Source: a virus
DNA: 64,000 bases
IMG/VR virus record: IMGVR_UViG_3300031746_000007
Coordinates: 1 to 64,000 of that record
Reading direction: 5' to 3' (one strand)
Numbering within the stretch: the first letter of the stretch is position 1; each line of letters begins with the position of its first letter. The notes under the pieces are model-generated. The model searched no databases, was not told the origin of the DNA, and was given only the letters and a program-made list of their open reading frames with translations. Of this stretch, positions 18,930-28,927 are shown piece by piece. The translations under genes and the position numbers were made by a program.

Positions 18930-20875
18930 CCATCCCCCAAGACTTCAACCGTACCGATAAAGTCGCTAGCGTCCGTGACCTCGCCTATCTCGACGGACGT
19001 CGGCTCTGCCGCGCCAATCACCGCGGTTGTCGCCGTAGCCGAATAGCGCATCTCGACGAAGTTTTGGAAGTCGAACGCGATGCCAAGACCAGCGTCGTTG
19101 CTCCAATCGAACTTGACCGTCGTCACGCGGAACGTCTTGGTGAGTTGCTGGTTCGACCCGTGGGCAGACTGCACGATCGCGGTCGCCAACGCCTTATCGC
19201 CCAACCGCTTCGCGACCGCTTCAATCTCCGCCGCCTCCGACCGACGTGTGTGATCGAGCAGCTCGTGTGCAAACGTCGGAAAGGTCTGCAACCCTGAGTC
19301 GACCGTGCGGAATTCGACGGGATCCCCGGGACGTAGACGAAGGAGATCGGGGTCCTGGTTATTGCCGCCGAAGCTCGAGAGGTTCTTCGTCGTGACCGAC
19401 CCGCCTAGCTCCTGTCGACCGATCTCCGCGTGCAAATTCTTCGCGATGTTCTCGAGGGTTTTTTGGTTCCGGATACCGTAGACCGGGAAGTAAAGCTCGT
19501 CTGTTTTGGCACCCTTGCCGCTCGAGCCGACCTTCGACGTGCGCTTCGCCGTGTCAGTCTCGGGTGGGTAGACCGCTCTCAGGAGGCGGTTGTCGGGCCC
19601 CTTGACCGGGTTGTCCCCGTCGTAGCTCACCACTTTGATCGCTGGCACGACCACGCCACCGAGCTTGCGTTCGAACTTCAGGTTCTGAATGTCTTTGCCG
19701 AAGACCATGCGCCGGTACCCGAACGGTGCCTCCGGCTTCGACACAAGAGGATGTCCGACCTCGCGCTTGTGCGGTTGGTTGCCACCGAACGGGTACGGGA
19801 AGTTGGGGTCGAACGGGTTTTGATCTACGGTCCTCTGATCGAAGAGAGACCGCGCCGGACGGATGCGCAGCTGCGGTCCGACGAAGTAGGGAATACCCCC
19901 GACGAGCAAACAGTAGTTGGTGATCAAATCCCAGTAGCTGATCGTGTCGGGGTTGCCTTGCGTCGTCGGTACCGTCTCGCCGTTCTGCCCCGCTTGCGCT
20001 TGACTCGCCTCGTCGGGGTCGGCGTCGAACTGCGGGCGCGTCTGGTCACCGACGACGTGCGGACTAGGGACTACCCCGTTCGGCCACTCGGACGCTTGTG
20101 TCGCTACCTGAATCCCACCGCCTTGCGGATTGAACCGGTTGACGAGGTTGCGCACGACCACGTCGATCGGTTGCTTCAGGCTGAGCAGTTTAAGGATCTT
20201 CGGCGACACGTTGGTGTCGAGCAGCGTGCCGCGCAGATCACGCCCTTCGATATGGATGTAGCTACCGCGATCGCTGAACTCCGCGGTGATGGTGTCAGCC
20301 ATGCCGACTAAAACAAGGTTCGTCGAGGTCGGCACGAGCACGGAGGAGCGCCGGCCGCCTTCCTCGACACGCCCGACCATGCCGTTGGCCCACTCGGCGT
20401 GACTCACCGTTCCGAGGTGGATCTCGGCGCGCAGCGCGCGGATGACACGGGGGTCGATGGGCAGATCGCGATGTAAGATGTCGAGAGCGAATGTTCCCGC
20501 CTGCCTGTACCCAGGAAGCTCGATTGAAGCGCCCTTGGGAATGATGTTCATCACCTTGCTTGCCGAGATCGAACCAGCCTCGGCAACGATGTCGGGTCCG
20601 AGCCCAACCTCTTCGTCGGTAGTGACTATAGCGAGCCCGGGGATCACGAGTGTGTCGAGTGTCAACCCGTCGACCGATATTTCCTCTGGGGAGAGATCTA
20701 CCGTCACCTCCCCGATCTCCCCTGTAAACTCTTTCGCGTCAGCCATTTGATCCGACGTCTTCGGTGCGAACTTCTCCTTCAAACCTTCATCGAATAGGAT
20801 CTGAAGATTGACCACGAGGCTAGGTCGAAAGACGGAATTTGCCGCCGCCGATCCGCTGTTGCCAGATTCGCCCAT
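18926..20875 (-). CDS. baseplate hub (late control D/gp27-like)
   Basis: IHIEGRDLRGTLLD, ISYWDLI, LRPGDPVEF; position between LysM protein and spike. Confidence 0.65.
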   Translation of the reverse strand: MGESGNSGSAAANSVFRPSLVVNLQILFDEGLKEKFAPKTSDQMADAKEFTGEIGEVTVDLSPEEISVDGLTLDTLVIPGLAIVTTDEEVGLGPDIVAEAGSISASKVMNIIPKGASIELPGYRQAGTFALDILHRDLPIDPRVIRALRAEIHLGTVSHAEWANGMVGRVEEGGRRSSVLVPTSTNLVLVGMADTITAEFSDRGSYIHIEGRDLRGTLLDTNVSPKILKLLSLKQPIDVVVRNLVNRFNPQGGGIQVATQASEWPNGVVPSPHVVGDQTRPQFDADPDEASQAQAGQNGETVPTTQGNPDTISYWDLITNYCLLVGGIPYFVGPQLRIRPARSLFDQRTVDQNPFDPNFPYPFGGNQPHKREVGHPLVSKPEAPFGYRRMVFGKDIQNLKFERKLGGVVVPAIKVVSYDGDNPVKGPDNRLLRAVYPPETDTAKRTSKVGSSGKGAKTDELYFPVYGIRNQKTLENIAKNLHAEIGRQELGGSVTTKNLSSFGGNNQDPDLLRLRPGDPVEFRTVDSGLQTFPTFAHELLDHTRRSEAAEIEAVAKRLGDKALATAIVQSAHGSNQQLTKTFRVTTVKFDWSNDAGLGIAFDFQNFVEMRYSATATTAVIGAAEPTSVEIGEVTDASDFIGTVEVLGDG

Positions 20876-20876
20876 G

Positions 20877-22088
20877 CTACGGTGCCCGCAGCGTACTGGC
20901 CGGCGCGGGCTGCCCCAGCGAGTTGAGTTGTGGAACGATCACGACGTCTCCCGCGATCAGCCGACTGGTGTTGAAACCGTTATAGAGCATGAGCCGGATC
21001 CACTCGTCCGGCGTGCCGTAGTATTGCGTCGACACGTCGCGGAGATCCATCCCGTCTCGAGCGATGAACGTCGCGAGCGGCTTCGTCTGGTCCTGCGTCT
21101 GCGCGATCATCTCTTGCTGCCGGCGAGCCACCTCCGCCTTGAGCTTGCGCGCCGCCCGCTTCGCCTTCCGTATCGCGCGCTCCGCGGCGAGCACCTCGTC
21201 TTGCGACTCGGCATTCGGGTCCACACCAGGCAACGCGTTCGGGTCGTCTACCGTCACCGACGACGAGGTCACGGGGTCGAACCCGACAGCTCGCGCGATG
21301 CGCGCCGGGATATTCTCTATCGTCTTGACCAGCTCCTTGCACTGGTCGCCGATGGTCTGACACGCTGCGATCATGTTGCCGGCAATTGCATACGGGGCGA
21401 CGACGAGCTTCGCCGCCTGCTTCGCCAGGTCGACGAGCCCGGACACCGCCGCGACGATGTTGTCGAGGATGGTGTTGACTGCGTTGATCCAGCTGGCGAT
21501 AGCTGCGAACTCAGACTTCAATTCGTTGATTGCCCCGATGAGGGAGTTCACCGCGGCGATGATCGAATTGATCATGTCGGCCAAGCTCGAGAGCACGTTG
21601 AATACGATCGGCAGCTCGTCTTCACCCTGGCTCATCCAGGTAAATTCCATCTCCCACTCGACGTCTTCGGCGCGCAGCCACGTTTGCTTGAACTTCGTGA
21701 GGATGCCCTGCCTGACGATGTCATCCCACCCAACCTCGACGAGAGACCCGCGCCGGCGGAACCCGTCCGCGAGCTTCACGAGGTCCGAGACATTGTCAAC
21801 GATCGAGCCGTTGTAGTACGCCTTGCCGGTCTGCCCGAGGATCGGGATGCCGAGGTGGCTCGTCGTTTTGATGAACCGGTCCTTCCACATGCCGTTGATC
21901 GACGTCGTTCCTTCTTGTGGCCCAAGCATCTGCACGGTCGCGATTGGGTTGCCCGGGTACCACGTGAACTCGGCCCGCATCGAACCTTCGAACGTCATCG
22001 GCCGATAGGGCAACGCGCGCCCGACCAGCTCGAGCGAGTTGCGCTCGCCTTGAAGCTCGACGATGACGAGTGAACTGGGGTCGCCCAT
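20877..22088 (-). CDS. tail tube initiator-like protein with C-terminal LysM-like domain
   Basis: C-terminal DLRDVSTQYYGTPDEWIRLMLYNG..LIAGDVVIVP; follows TMP. Confidence 0.7.
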   Translation of the reverse strand: MGDPSSLVIVELQGERNSLELVGRALPYRPMTFEGSMRAEFTWYPGNPIATVQMLGPQEGTTSINGMWKDRFIKTTSHLGIPILGQTGKAYYNGSIVDNVSDLVKLADGFRRRGSLVEVGWDDIVRQGILTKFKQTWLRAEDVEWEMEFTWMSQGEDELPIVFNVLSSLADMINSIIAAVNSLIGAINELKSEFAAIASWINAVNTILDNIVAAVSGLVDLAKQAAKLVVAPYAIAGNMIAACQTIGDQCKELVKTIENIPARIARAVGFDPVTSSSVTVDDPNALPGVDPNAESQDEVLAAERAIRKAKRAARKLKAEVARRQQEMIAQTQDQTKPLATFIARDGMDLRDVSTQYYGTPDEWIRLMLYNGFNTSRLIAGDVVIVPQLNSLGQPAPASTLRAP

Positions 22089-22091
22089 CTA

Positions 22092-23972
22092 CTACCTCAA
22101 AGCGAAGGCGGGGGTGAACCCGCTCTGTAGCTTGCGCTCCCCGAGCGCGGCCAGGTCGGACGAGAACGCGAGCGCGATGCGGTCGGGGTCGAACCCTTCG
22201 GAGAACTTCTGCGTGATGTCGAACCGACTGCCGCGGAAGTCGTAGTTCGGCGCCGGCGGTCGGTCCTTGTTTGCTGCGTCTCGGTCGGCCTTCCGCTTGG
22301 CGATGAGGGCATTCGTCCGCGCGATCTCCCGCTGCCGTTGCTTCTCGTTCGTCTGGTCTTCGGTGTACTTCCAGGCACGTCCGAGAATGCTCGGCAACCC
22401 CTCTTGGAGTGCGGCGACCGGGTTCTTCGCGATGAACGAAATCGTCTCCATGATAGTCTGCAAGAGGTGGACCTGTGCGTCGAGCACGTCCGAGAAGATC
22501 ATCACGACGCCGAACACGAACTTGTGAAAGAAGCTGCCGAGCGCCGAGTCTTCGCTGAAGGTCGTGGTGAACAGGTCGGCGATGACCATGAACCGCGACA
22601 CGATCTTGTCGAACGCCAGGCTCACGTGCGAGCCGATGCTGTCGACGTTGTTGCGGATGAGGTCGACGGCCTTGAGAACGGTGGCGATGACTACCGCGAG
22701 CACGACCGCGCCACCCACGAGCCGCAACGCCGTAGCCGCGAACCGCGCCATGCCGGGGAGCGCTCGCGTGAACCGGCCGAACACTCCGGCGACCCCTGGG
22801 ACCTTCGGCACGGGCACTTTAGATAGCGCGGTTGGGATCCGAGCGATGGTCTTCTCCGAGAACTTGCCGAGCCCGTCGCCGTAGATTGCTTTCCCCTTGA
22901 TCGCCAGAACAATGCGCGTCGTGTTCACGTTCATAGCCGTGATGATCGGGGTGTTGGCCGCCGCCTGCGAAGCCTTCTCCGCCGCCACACCAACGGCAGA
23001 AGCCGCGGCGCCGCCGACTTTGACCCCCGCCGACTCCAAGAACCCGCCGCCGAGCTTCTTGCCCCACCCGACCATGCCGGTGCCGGTCATCTTCATCAGA
23101 GAGAAGTTGAGCAGGAGCACCTTCGTGACCTGCTTCACCGTCCCAAGGTGGTCGCGAAGAAAATTCGCCAACGTCTCGCCGAACTTCTTCGCCTTCGGCA
23201 ACCATTCTGTGAGCTGGTCGCTCAGACCCCGCATGAGGTCTTCGACGACTGGCAGGAGTTGGATGCCGATGATGCGCTGAATGTTCTCCCACGTGCCTCG
23301 GATCTTGAGCCCTAGCTCCCGGATTCGCGACTGCCGGTCGATGTTCTCCTGCGTCGCAATGCCGAGCTTCTTGTACTCCGCGACCTGCTCGCGAATATGC
23401 TCCGGTCCTTTCTTGAGCAGGTTCGTAAACTTTCTCGCCGTCTCACCCTGCATTCGGAACAGGAGACCGACCTTCGCTTGATCGACCGTGCCCTTCTTCG
23501 CGTGCTCCGCCATCTTCATAATGGCTTTTTCCGGGCCTTGCGAAAGGTCGATGCCGAGCCGTTGGAACTCCTTCCCCATGCCCTGCATGCCGCGGCGCAT
23601 CCCGTGCGCCGCCATGTTCGCTCGAGCCCCCGCCTTCGACATCTGCATGAGCGCGCGAACGCCTTCGTTCCCGCTGATCCCGACCGACTCCATGGCATCT
23701 ATGAGACCGCCGGCGCTGTCCGCCGACATCTTCGTGTAGTCCTGCACCTTCTTGAGCTGGTCGAGGTACTCCTGCGTGCCCTTGACGATATGCGTGAGTG
23801 ACATCGCGCCGCCGGCCACCGCAGCGATCGAACCGAACGTGCCGACAACATTCGACGCCTTGTCGAACAATCCACTAACCCTCGACGCCGACGACGTGAG
23901 AGCCGACAACGCCGTCGCGCCCTTGTTGTTGACGACGAAATTCGTAGTGACGTTGTTGACAATGTCGGTCAT
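22092..23972 (-). CDS. tape measure protein (626 aa)
   Basis: Helical A/G/K-rich, hydrophobic stretches, directly after tail chaperones. Confidence 0.8.
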   Translation of the reverse strand: MTDIVNNVTTNFVVNNKGATALSALTSSASRVSGLFDKASNVVGTFGSIAAVAGGAMSLTHIVKGTQEYLDQLKKVQDYTKMSADSAGGLIDAMESVGISGNEGVRALMQMSKAGARANMAAHGMRRGMQGMGKEFQRLGIDLSQGPEKAIMKMAEHAKKGTVDQAKVGLLFRMQGETARKFTNLLKKGPEHIREQVAEYKKLGIATQENIDRQSRIRELGLKIRGTWENIQRIIGIQLLPVVEDLMRGLSDQLTEWLPKAKKFGETLANFLRDHLGTVKQVTKVLLLNFSLMKMTGTGMVGWGKKLGGGFLESAGVKVGGAAASAVGVAAEKASQAAANTPIITAMNVNTTRIVLAIKGKAIYGDGLGKFSEKTIARIPTALSKVPVPKVPGVAGVFGRFTRALPGMARFAATALRLVGGAVVLAVVIATVLKAVDLIRNNVDSIGSHVSLAFDKIVSRFMVIADLFTTTFSEDSALGSFFHKFVFGVVMIFSDVLDAQVHLLQTIMETISFIAKNPVAALQEGLPSILGRAWKYTEDQTNEKQRQREIARTNALIAKRKADRDAANKDRPPAPNYDFRGSRFDITQKFSEGFDPDRIALAFSSDLAALGERKLQSGFTPAFALR

Positions 23973-24214
23973 CGATCCACCTTCATTGCTTCGCCCTCGT
24001 CTCGGATCAATTGGCCGACCTCAGTCGACAGGTCGCATAGATCCGAGACCGTCATGCCGAGACAGTCCTCGACGCCCTGGTGCCCGTAGCGCCCCAAGAA
24101 AGCGATCGTCTTCCAAATGTCGCGCACATGCTCTGCCACCCCGTGTCGGGCTATGCTGAGCGCGTAGCTGGCGAAATCTATTCGACCCGAACCTCTCGGC
24201 TCCCCAGAAAATCC
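23969..24214 (-). CDS. tail chaperone GT extension (reached by predicted -1 frameshift)
   Basis: -1 frame open from G GAT TTT (24214-24208) to TGA overlapping the TMP ATG; encodes ..DFASYALSIARHGVAEHVRDIWKTIAFLGRYGHQ..MKVDR. Confidence 0.7.
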   Translation of the reverse strand, partial: GFSGEPRGSGRIDFASYALSIARHGVAEHVRDIWKTIAFLGRYGHQGVEDCLGMTVSDLCDLSTEVGQLIRDEGEAMKVDR

Positions 24215-24564
24215 TCGACGTCAGACTCCGCCGGCGAGTGCAGCTTCGCATGAGCTGTCATCACGAGGTTGCGAAGCATTGGGCTCATCGTGTTGAACGC
24301 CTTGTCGGCGCTCCCATCCGCGATACTGACGCGCTCGCCGTTCACCTCGGCGATCGATTGCTGCACCTGTTCATAAGCCAGCTTGATCGGATCTCCGTTA
24401 GAACGCTTCGCCGCCATCATCTCCTCGCGCGCAGTCAGCTGCACGAGCCCGACCGTCTTGAAGTCTTCGCCACCCAACGCCGAAGGCACCTTGTAGGTGT
24501 AGATCGGGCGTGATGGTTTCTGAGCCAGTGCTTCCGAAATGTTCTGAGTTGCCTTCGTCGCCAT
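24178..24564 (-). CDS. tail assembly chaperone (G)
   Basis: Between tube and TMP; GGAGGAG RBS before ATG 24564; LTAREEMMAAK motif. Confidence 0.75.
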   Translation of the reverse strand: MATKATQNISEALAQKPSRPIYTYKVPSALGGEDFKTVGLVQLTAREEMMAAKRSNGDPIKLAYEQVQQSIAEVNGERVSIADGSADKAFNTMSPMLRNLVMTAHAKLHSPAESDVEDFLGSREVRVE

Positions 24565-24603
24565 TGTGTCTCCTCCTGACACGGCACGCGCTCGCGTGCC
24601 TGG

Positions 24604-25035
24604 TTACAAGATGGTGCCGTCCGACGCTTGGAAGTCGATGCCGACCGTACCGTAGTCGGCGCGGCTGCCGAAGCTCAGCGGGATCTCGCCGAAGAACGCG
24701 TCGCTGATCAGCACGCGCGGCTTGTCGCCGTTCGGGAAGTTCAGCGTCGCCTTGATGTTGATCTGCGTGCCCGGGGTGCGCCGCTTGGCGCGGTCGACGA
24801 TCGACTTGATGATGTCGAAGACATCCTGGTTCTCGTAGTGGAACTCGATGCGCCCGCGCATGCCATTGAAGATCTCGTCGTAGCGGTTCGTCTTCTCGCC
24901 GAGGTAGGCTTCCTCCTTCGTCTCGAGCTTGTAGGCGAACTCAAACGACCGGACGTCGGTCGTGGTGTCCGCGACCTCGCCGTCGACGATGAGCGAAACC
25001 TCGACCTCTTGTCCTTTGATGCGTTGGTCGGCCAC
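24604..25035 (-). CDS. tail tube protein
   Basis: 143 aa beta-rich, AAGGAG RBS + GTG start, position between sheath and chaperone. Confidence 0.75.
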   Translation of the reverse strand: MADQRIKGQEVEVSLIVDGEVADTTTDVRSFEFAYKLETKEEAYLGEKTNRYDEIFNGMRGRIEFHYENQDVFDIIKSIVDRAKRRTPGTQINIKATLNFPNGDKPRVLISDAFFGEIPLSFGSRADYGTVGIDFQASDGTIL

Positions 25036-25052
25036 TGGAATCTCCTTTGCGC

Positions 25053-25099
25053 AAAAAGAAAAAAGGCACGTGGTATCGCCGAAGCGAAAACCACGTGCC
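25053..25099 (-). terminator. intrinsic terminator-like hairpin upstream of tube gene
   Basis: GGCACGTGG..TCGC-TTCG-GCGA..CCACGTGCC followed by TTTTTTCTTTTT on minus strand. Confidence 0.65.
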
Positions 25100-25172
25100 C
25101 TATCCCCGGGGGTTTAGCCCGGGTGAAGCCGTGTCATGCCAAGCCCGATACTGCACCGGGCTCAGTCTACCG

Positions 25173-25736
25173 TCAAGCCCTGGTCACCAGGATGATGATC
25201 TCGCCGGCGACCGTGTTCTTGCTCCGACGAAGCACGAGCGTCCCGCCGGCCGGGATGACCGGCGTCTCTTGCACGATGACGCCGCCGTCGCGCCCCTTCG
25301 ACGCCGTCGACGTGTCAAAGGCATCCGACAAAGCGCTTCCGCCGCCACCGGTAGCGTTGCGCAGCTGCGCCGACGATGCCGACACCGCCGTCTTGACGAG
25401 CACCATCGCGTCGAGGATGCGGAACGCATACGGGGCGTTCGCGTTGTAGAGGATGACATCGTCCGCCGTCCCGCCGACGCCAGCCGTGAACTGTTGCCGA
25501 ATCACGTTCGCGACCGGGATGCTCGGGAGCGCGTCGTGAGACGTCGCCACGTCACCGCTCTTCGTGAGCGTCACGTGGAACACCTTCGCCGCCGCCGCGC
25601 CGCCGAGCGCATCAGTGAGCACGGAACGACTGGCCGCGGTCAGCACCGCGATCTCCCGGTTTGCCAGCACACCCCGATAAGGGGCGGGCAACGCGACCGT
25701 GTCGCCCGCGATGTTCTCGACCTTGAAGAGAGGCAT
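25173..25736 (-). CDS. hypothetical structural protein between sheath and tube
   Basis: AAGGAG RBS; jelly-roll-like C-terminal half. Confidence 0.6.
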   Translation of the reverse strand: MPLFKVENIAGDTVALPAPYRGVLANREIAVLTAASRSVLTDALGGAAAAKVFHVTLTKSGDVATSHDALPSIPVANVIRQQFTAGVGGTADDVILYNANAPYAFRILDAMVLVKTAVSASSAQLRNATGGGGSALSDAFDTSTASKGRDGGVIVQETPVIPAGGTLVLRRSKNTVAGEIIILVTRA

Positions 25737-25746
25737 GGGTGTCTCC

Positions 25747-27726
25747 TTACGCCGCGGTGACCTTCACGCCTTCGCCGGCTTCGATCTGAAGCACGATGAA
25801 GTCGGCGGTCGCCAGCGTCCGGACCTTGCCGATGAGAACCCAGATACCCTTCGCCTCGAGATCGGGGGTGTTGCCCGACTTGTCGTCGAGCAGGTAGCCC
25901 GAGATCCGCTGCGCCGGCGGGTTGTTCTCGGAGAACAACCCGGACAAGAACGCGTCGGCCTCACTGAGGATCGCGTCCTTGAGCGAGTTGGTGAGCGGCA
26001 GTTTCGAGAAAGCCACGAACCGCTGCGCCAGGCTGTCTTCGATGAAGTCAGCCATGCGCCGGCGGTTGATGTTCTTCTCGCCCGAGGTCAGGCTGGTCGT
26101 GATGCCGCTCTGGAAAATGGGCCCGACCGTCCGATCGATCCGCAGCGCGGCGATGCCGCTCGAGCGGAAAGCGATGTAGTCGGACATGAGCAGACCGCTC
26201 ACGAGCCGCTGGAACCCGATGACCGGAGCCATCACATCCGGGACAGGCGCGGTGCCTTGGCCCGGGTTGCGCTCCGGCGGCAGATTCGAGAGCAGGCTCG
26301 CCATCCACGCATTGAGGTGCGTGTCGAGCAACCCGTCCGTGTGCACGAACCCATCGGCGCCCTTCATCTGGTAGCCGACCGCCTCGGGGACGAACGTCTG
26401 CGCGCCCGGCCAACACCAGATCACGCGCTCGTGCCGGTAGGTCGAGAGCAGCGCCGCCTGCGCCGACGCCGTGTCGACGACGGTGAGCGCCGGCGACATG
26501 ACGGTGATGCGCCCGACGCCCTGGCTCGAGGCGGAGAGCACGTGCGCCTTCTGCGCGGTCCGGATCTCGGCGCCCGTGCGAGCCGGGAGCAGGATGTTGA
26601 CGTCGCGCGCCGGCGACTCTTCGGTGAGCAGCGCGTCGAACGCGGTCGCGTAGAGCGCCGCAATCGCCACGTCATACACCGCGTTGGCAGCCTGCACGGC
26701 AGCCGTGTAGGTGAGCGCGCCGCTCGGGTGCGTCCGGAGCTTCAGCCCGGTGAGCGCTTCCCACGACTTGCCATCGGTGCCCGGACCGGCCGGGACCAGC
26801 GACGGGGAGACGACGGTAGCGAGCGCCACCGTCGAGTCGAGCGGGCGAGCCGGGACGAGGCACGCGCTCGTCGAGCTGAGCGAGCCCGCACCGGACTCAC
26901 CATCGCTCGCCGGGTGAACGCGCCACGCCAGAGCGATGCCGCTCGTCCAATCGAACGCGGAGCCGTCCTGCTTCTCGACGGTGAGCTGCGTCGCGGACGC
27001 GGCATCCACCGTCACGCGGTACGTGTCGGCATTCGCGCCTTGCGCCAAGGTGGCACCGATGACGCCGAGAACGAGCAGATCGCCGGCCTGAACCGGGCCG
27101 CCGTTCTTGGCAGTCAGGAAGCTGCCGGTCGCCGAACCGAATACCTGCGTCGCCGCCGGCGCCGTCGCGGTGACCGCGCCGTCGATGCCCGAGGCGAACT
27201 GACCGGTCGAGGTGAAGACGACCTGCTTCATGCTGCGGATGCGGTTGCCGCCCGACTTGAACTCGCGCCCGGCATACACGACGCCGGCGGCGAGGGTGAC
27301 GATCGGAACCGCGCGCGTAGCGCTCGCGTTCGTCGGCAGCGTGCGCCACATGCGCGTCGCCTTGTCGGAAGCGAGGTTGATCGGGATGAGAACGAGCCGC
27401 GAGAACTTCTTGTTGCGCAGCGCCAGGAAGCCGCTGCCGCCGCTGATCCCGGTGTCGCCGATCGTCGCGTCGAACCCGCCGACCTTGTTCGCCAGATCTT
27501 GCCCCGAGAAGACCTCGACGGGCTGCGGCTTCGTCGTGACGGTGCCGGTCGTGTCTACCGCCACACCATAGGTCACATCGGCGAACTCGCCGACGCAACA
27601 CACCGTGCCGACCCCGACACCGTTGACCGCGCCCGGCGGCGGCAGATCGACGATGACGACACCCTCGATGAGCGTGATGATCTCAGTGCCCGGGAAAAAC
27701 TGATAGCGACGAATGAAGCCGGCCAT
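25747..27726 (-). CDS. contractile tail sheath protein
   Basis: 659 aa; GVVIVD..GVGTVCCVGEF N-terminus, NINRRRMADFI and ADFIVLQI C-terminal sheath motifs. Confidence 0.85.
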   Translation of the reverse strand: MAGFIRRYQFFPGTEIITLIEGVVIVDLPPPGAVNGVGVGTVCCVGEFADVTYGVAVDTTGTVTTKPQPVEVFSGQDLANKVGGFDATIGDTGISGGSGFLALRNKKFSRLVLIPINLASDKATRMWRTLPTNASATRAVPIVTLAAGVVYAGREFKSGGNRIRSMKQVVFTSTGQFASGIDGAVTATAPAATQVFGSATGSFLTAKNGGPVQAGDLLVLGVIGATLAQGANADTYRVTVDAASATQLTVEKQDGSAFDWTSGIALAWRVHPASDGESGAGSLSSTSACLVPARPLDSTVALATVVSPSLVPAGPGTDGKSWEALTGLKLRTHPSGALTYTAAVQAANAVYDVAIAALYATAFDALLTEESPARDVNILLPARTGAEIRTAQKAHVLSASSQGVGRITVMSPALTVVDTASAQAALLSTYRHERVIWCWPGAQTFVPEAVGYQMKGADGFVHTDGLLDTHLNAWMASLLSNLPPERNPGQGTAPVPDVMAPVIGFQRLVSGLLMSDYIAFRSSGIAALRIDRTVGPIFQSGITTSLTSGEKNINRRRMADFIEDSLAQRFVAFSKLPLTNSLKDAILSEADAFLSGLFSENNPPAQRISGYLLDDKSGNTPDLEAKGIWVLIGKVRTLATADFIVLQIEAGEGVKVTAA

Positions 27727-27737
27727 GTTCTTGTCTC

Positions 27738-28412
27738 CTAGCAGTCAGTCAAAACTAGACCCGGTATTACCACATCCGGCCCGACCGCGTCCAAGTGGAA
27801 CGAGGGCTTCGCCAGCGGGTAGGTGAAGATGTTCATCACGGGGACCTCCCCCGCGATCGTGAACGCAGCCTTGCGGTAGCGCCGCATGGCATCCTGTTCG
27901 TTGTCGAGATAAGCCATCCCCTTGAGAAAGTACCGCGCGCGTGAATTGAAGTAGAACGGCAGCTCGAGAAAAAACCCACTCATGTAGTCGACCGGGTTGA
28001 ACGCCGTCTCGAGCCCGGCCACGATCGCGCGCCGCGCCGGCGGGTCGTTCGCCCACACCTCGACCGTCAAATCCTGCACGAGCGCGCACGCACTCACGAG
28101 ATAGCGACCGTCCGGCGGCCCGGGGAGCTTGTTGCGGCTGGTCGGCTGATCGGGCGTGAAGCCCGTCGAGTCATACGTCCCCTCGCCGATGCCGCCGACG
28201 TACGCGCGCGGGAACTTCGCCTCGTCTTCAGGCTCCGCCCACGTGTCGAGCACCTTGTTGAACCGCAGCTCGCGCCCGCCCGGGGCTTTGAATACGAGCA
28301 TCGACAGGTACTCGGCGAGACCCCGCGTTAGCGCCGTGCGAGAATCCGTCTCCTGATCGCCGGTGTATGCGATAGGGATGCCTGGCTTCGTGATGAGCGT
28401 CGCCTTGTTCAT
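27738..28412 (-). CDS. tail terminator / tail completion protein
   Basis: Position upstream of sheath; QDLTVEVWA..RRAI pattern. Confidence 0.6.
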   Translation of the reverse strand: MNKATLITKPGIPIAYTGDQETDSRTALTRGLAEYLSMLVFKAPGGRELRFNKVLDTWAEPEDEAKFPRAYVGGIGEGTYDSTGFTPDQPTSRNKLPGPPDGRYLVSACALVQDLTVEVWANDPPARRAIVAGLETAFNPVDYMSGFFLELPFYFNSRARYFLKGMAYLDNEQDAMRRYRKAAFTIAGEVPVMNIFTYPLAKPSFHLDAVGPDVVIPGLVLTDC

Positions 28413-28927
28413 CGCCGCGTCAGCTCCACATCCATCTCGTGACGAATCTCAGCATGCACCGCTTTCGACATCTCGTCTATCCCGTCCGACATGACGTTGC
28501 GCGCTTGCAATCCTCTCTTCTCGATCGACTTGGCGATCGCCCACGCCGCGGCCTTGGCGGCATCCCCGGAGAGCTTGAGCTTGTTGTGCGCCCATCGCTC
28601 GAGGTTCACGATGCCCGACCTACCTACCGCCGCCGGGCGCCGACCGCCGTCGATCACAGGGGAGTAGGGCTGCGCGTTGAATACCTGCGCACCATTCGAC
28701 AGCGGCGCGGTTTTCCAGGCTGCCTTGTAGAGACCGGTGTTGACCGCGCCCACGGTGCCGTGCTCGCTCGCAGGCGGCGCGAAATCAGTGCGACGCTGCA
28801 TGATGCCGATGCACCGCATCGCCCCGGACTGCACCCCGCGGATCGCTGCCGGAAAGAACCGCGTCCCGAGCCGCTTCATGTAGGCAGCCCATTCCGGCCC
28901 GGTCATGTTGAACGTGACGGTCGCCAT
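28409..28927 (-). CDS. HK97 gp10-like neck/tail completion protein
   Basis: AVNTGLYKAAW, VFNAQPYSPVIDGGRRP, AIAKSIEKRG. Confidence 0.7.
   Translation of the reverse strand: MATVTFNMTGPEWAAYMKRLGTRFFPAAIRGVQSGAMRCIGIMQRRTDFAPPASEHGTVGAVNTGLYKAAWKTAPLSNGAQVFNAQPYSPVIDGGRRPAAVGRSGIVNLERWAHNKLKLSGDAAKAAAWAIAKSIEKRGLQARNVMSDGIDEMSKAVHAEIRHEMDVELTRR

Noticed and set aside
25100-25172. c-di-GMP-I riboswitch (GGGCTAAACC resemblance)
   Set aside because: Lacks the GCAAAC/GAAA tetraloop/GCAAAG core; only a short coincidental match.
25699-27741. Long plus-strand ORFs (also 30521-31999, 38698-40473, 40419-42413, 56127-58136)
   Set aside because: Antisense shadows of high-GC minus-strand genes; Arg-rich, no motifs or RBS.
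14467-28412. Stand-alone tailocin/eCIS locus
   Set aside because: Contiguous with capsid, portal and terminase genes, so it is a phage tail.
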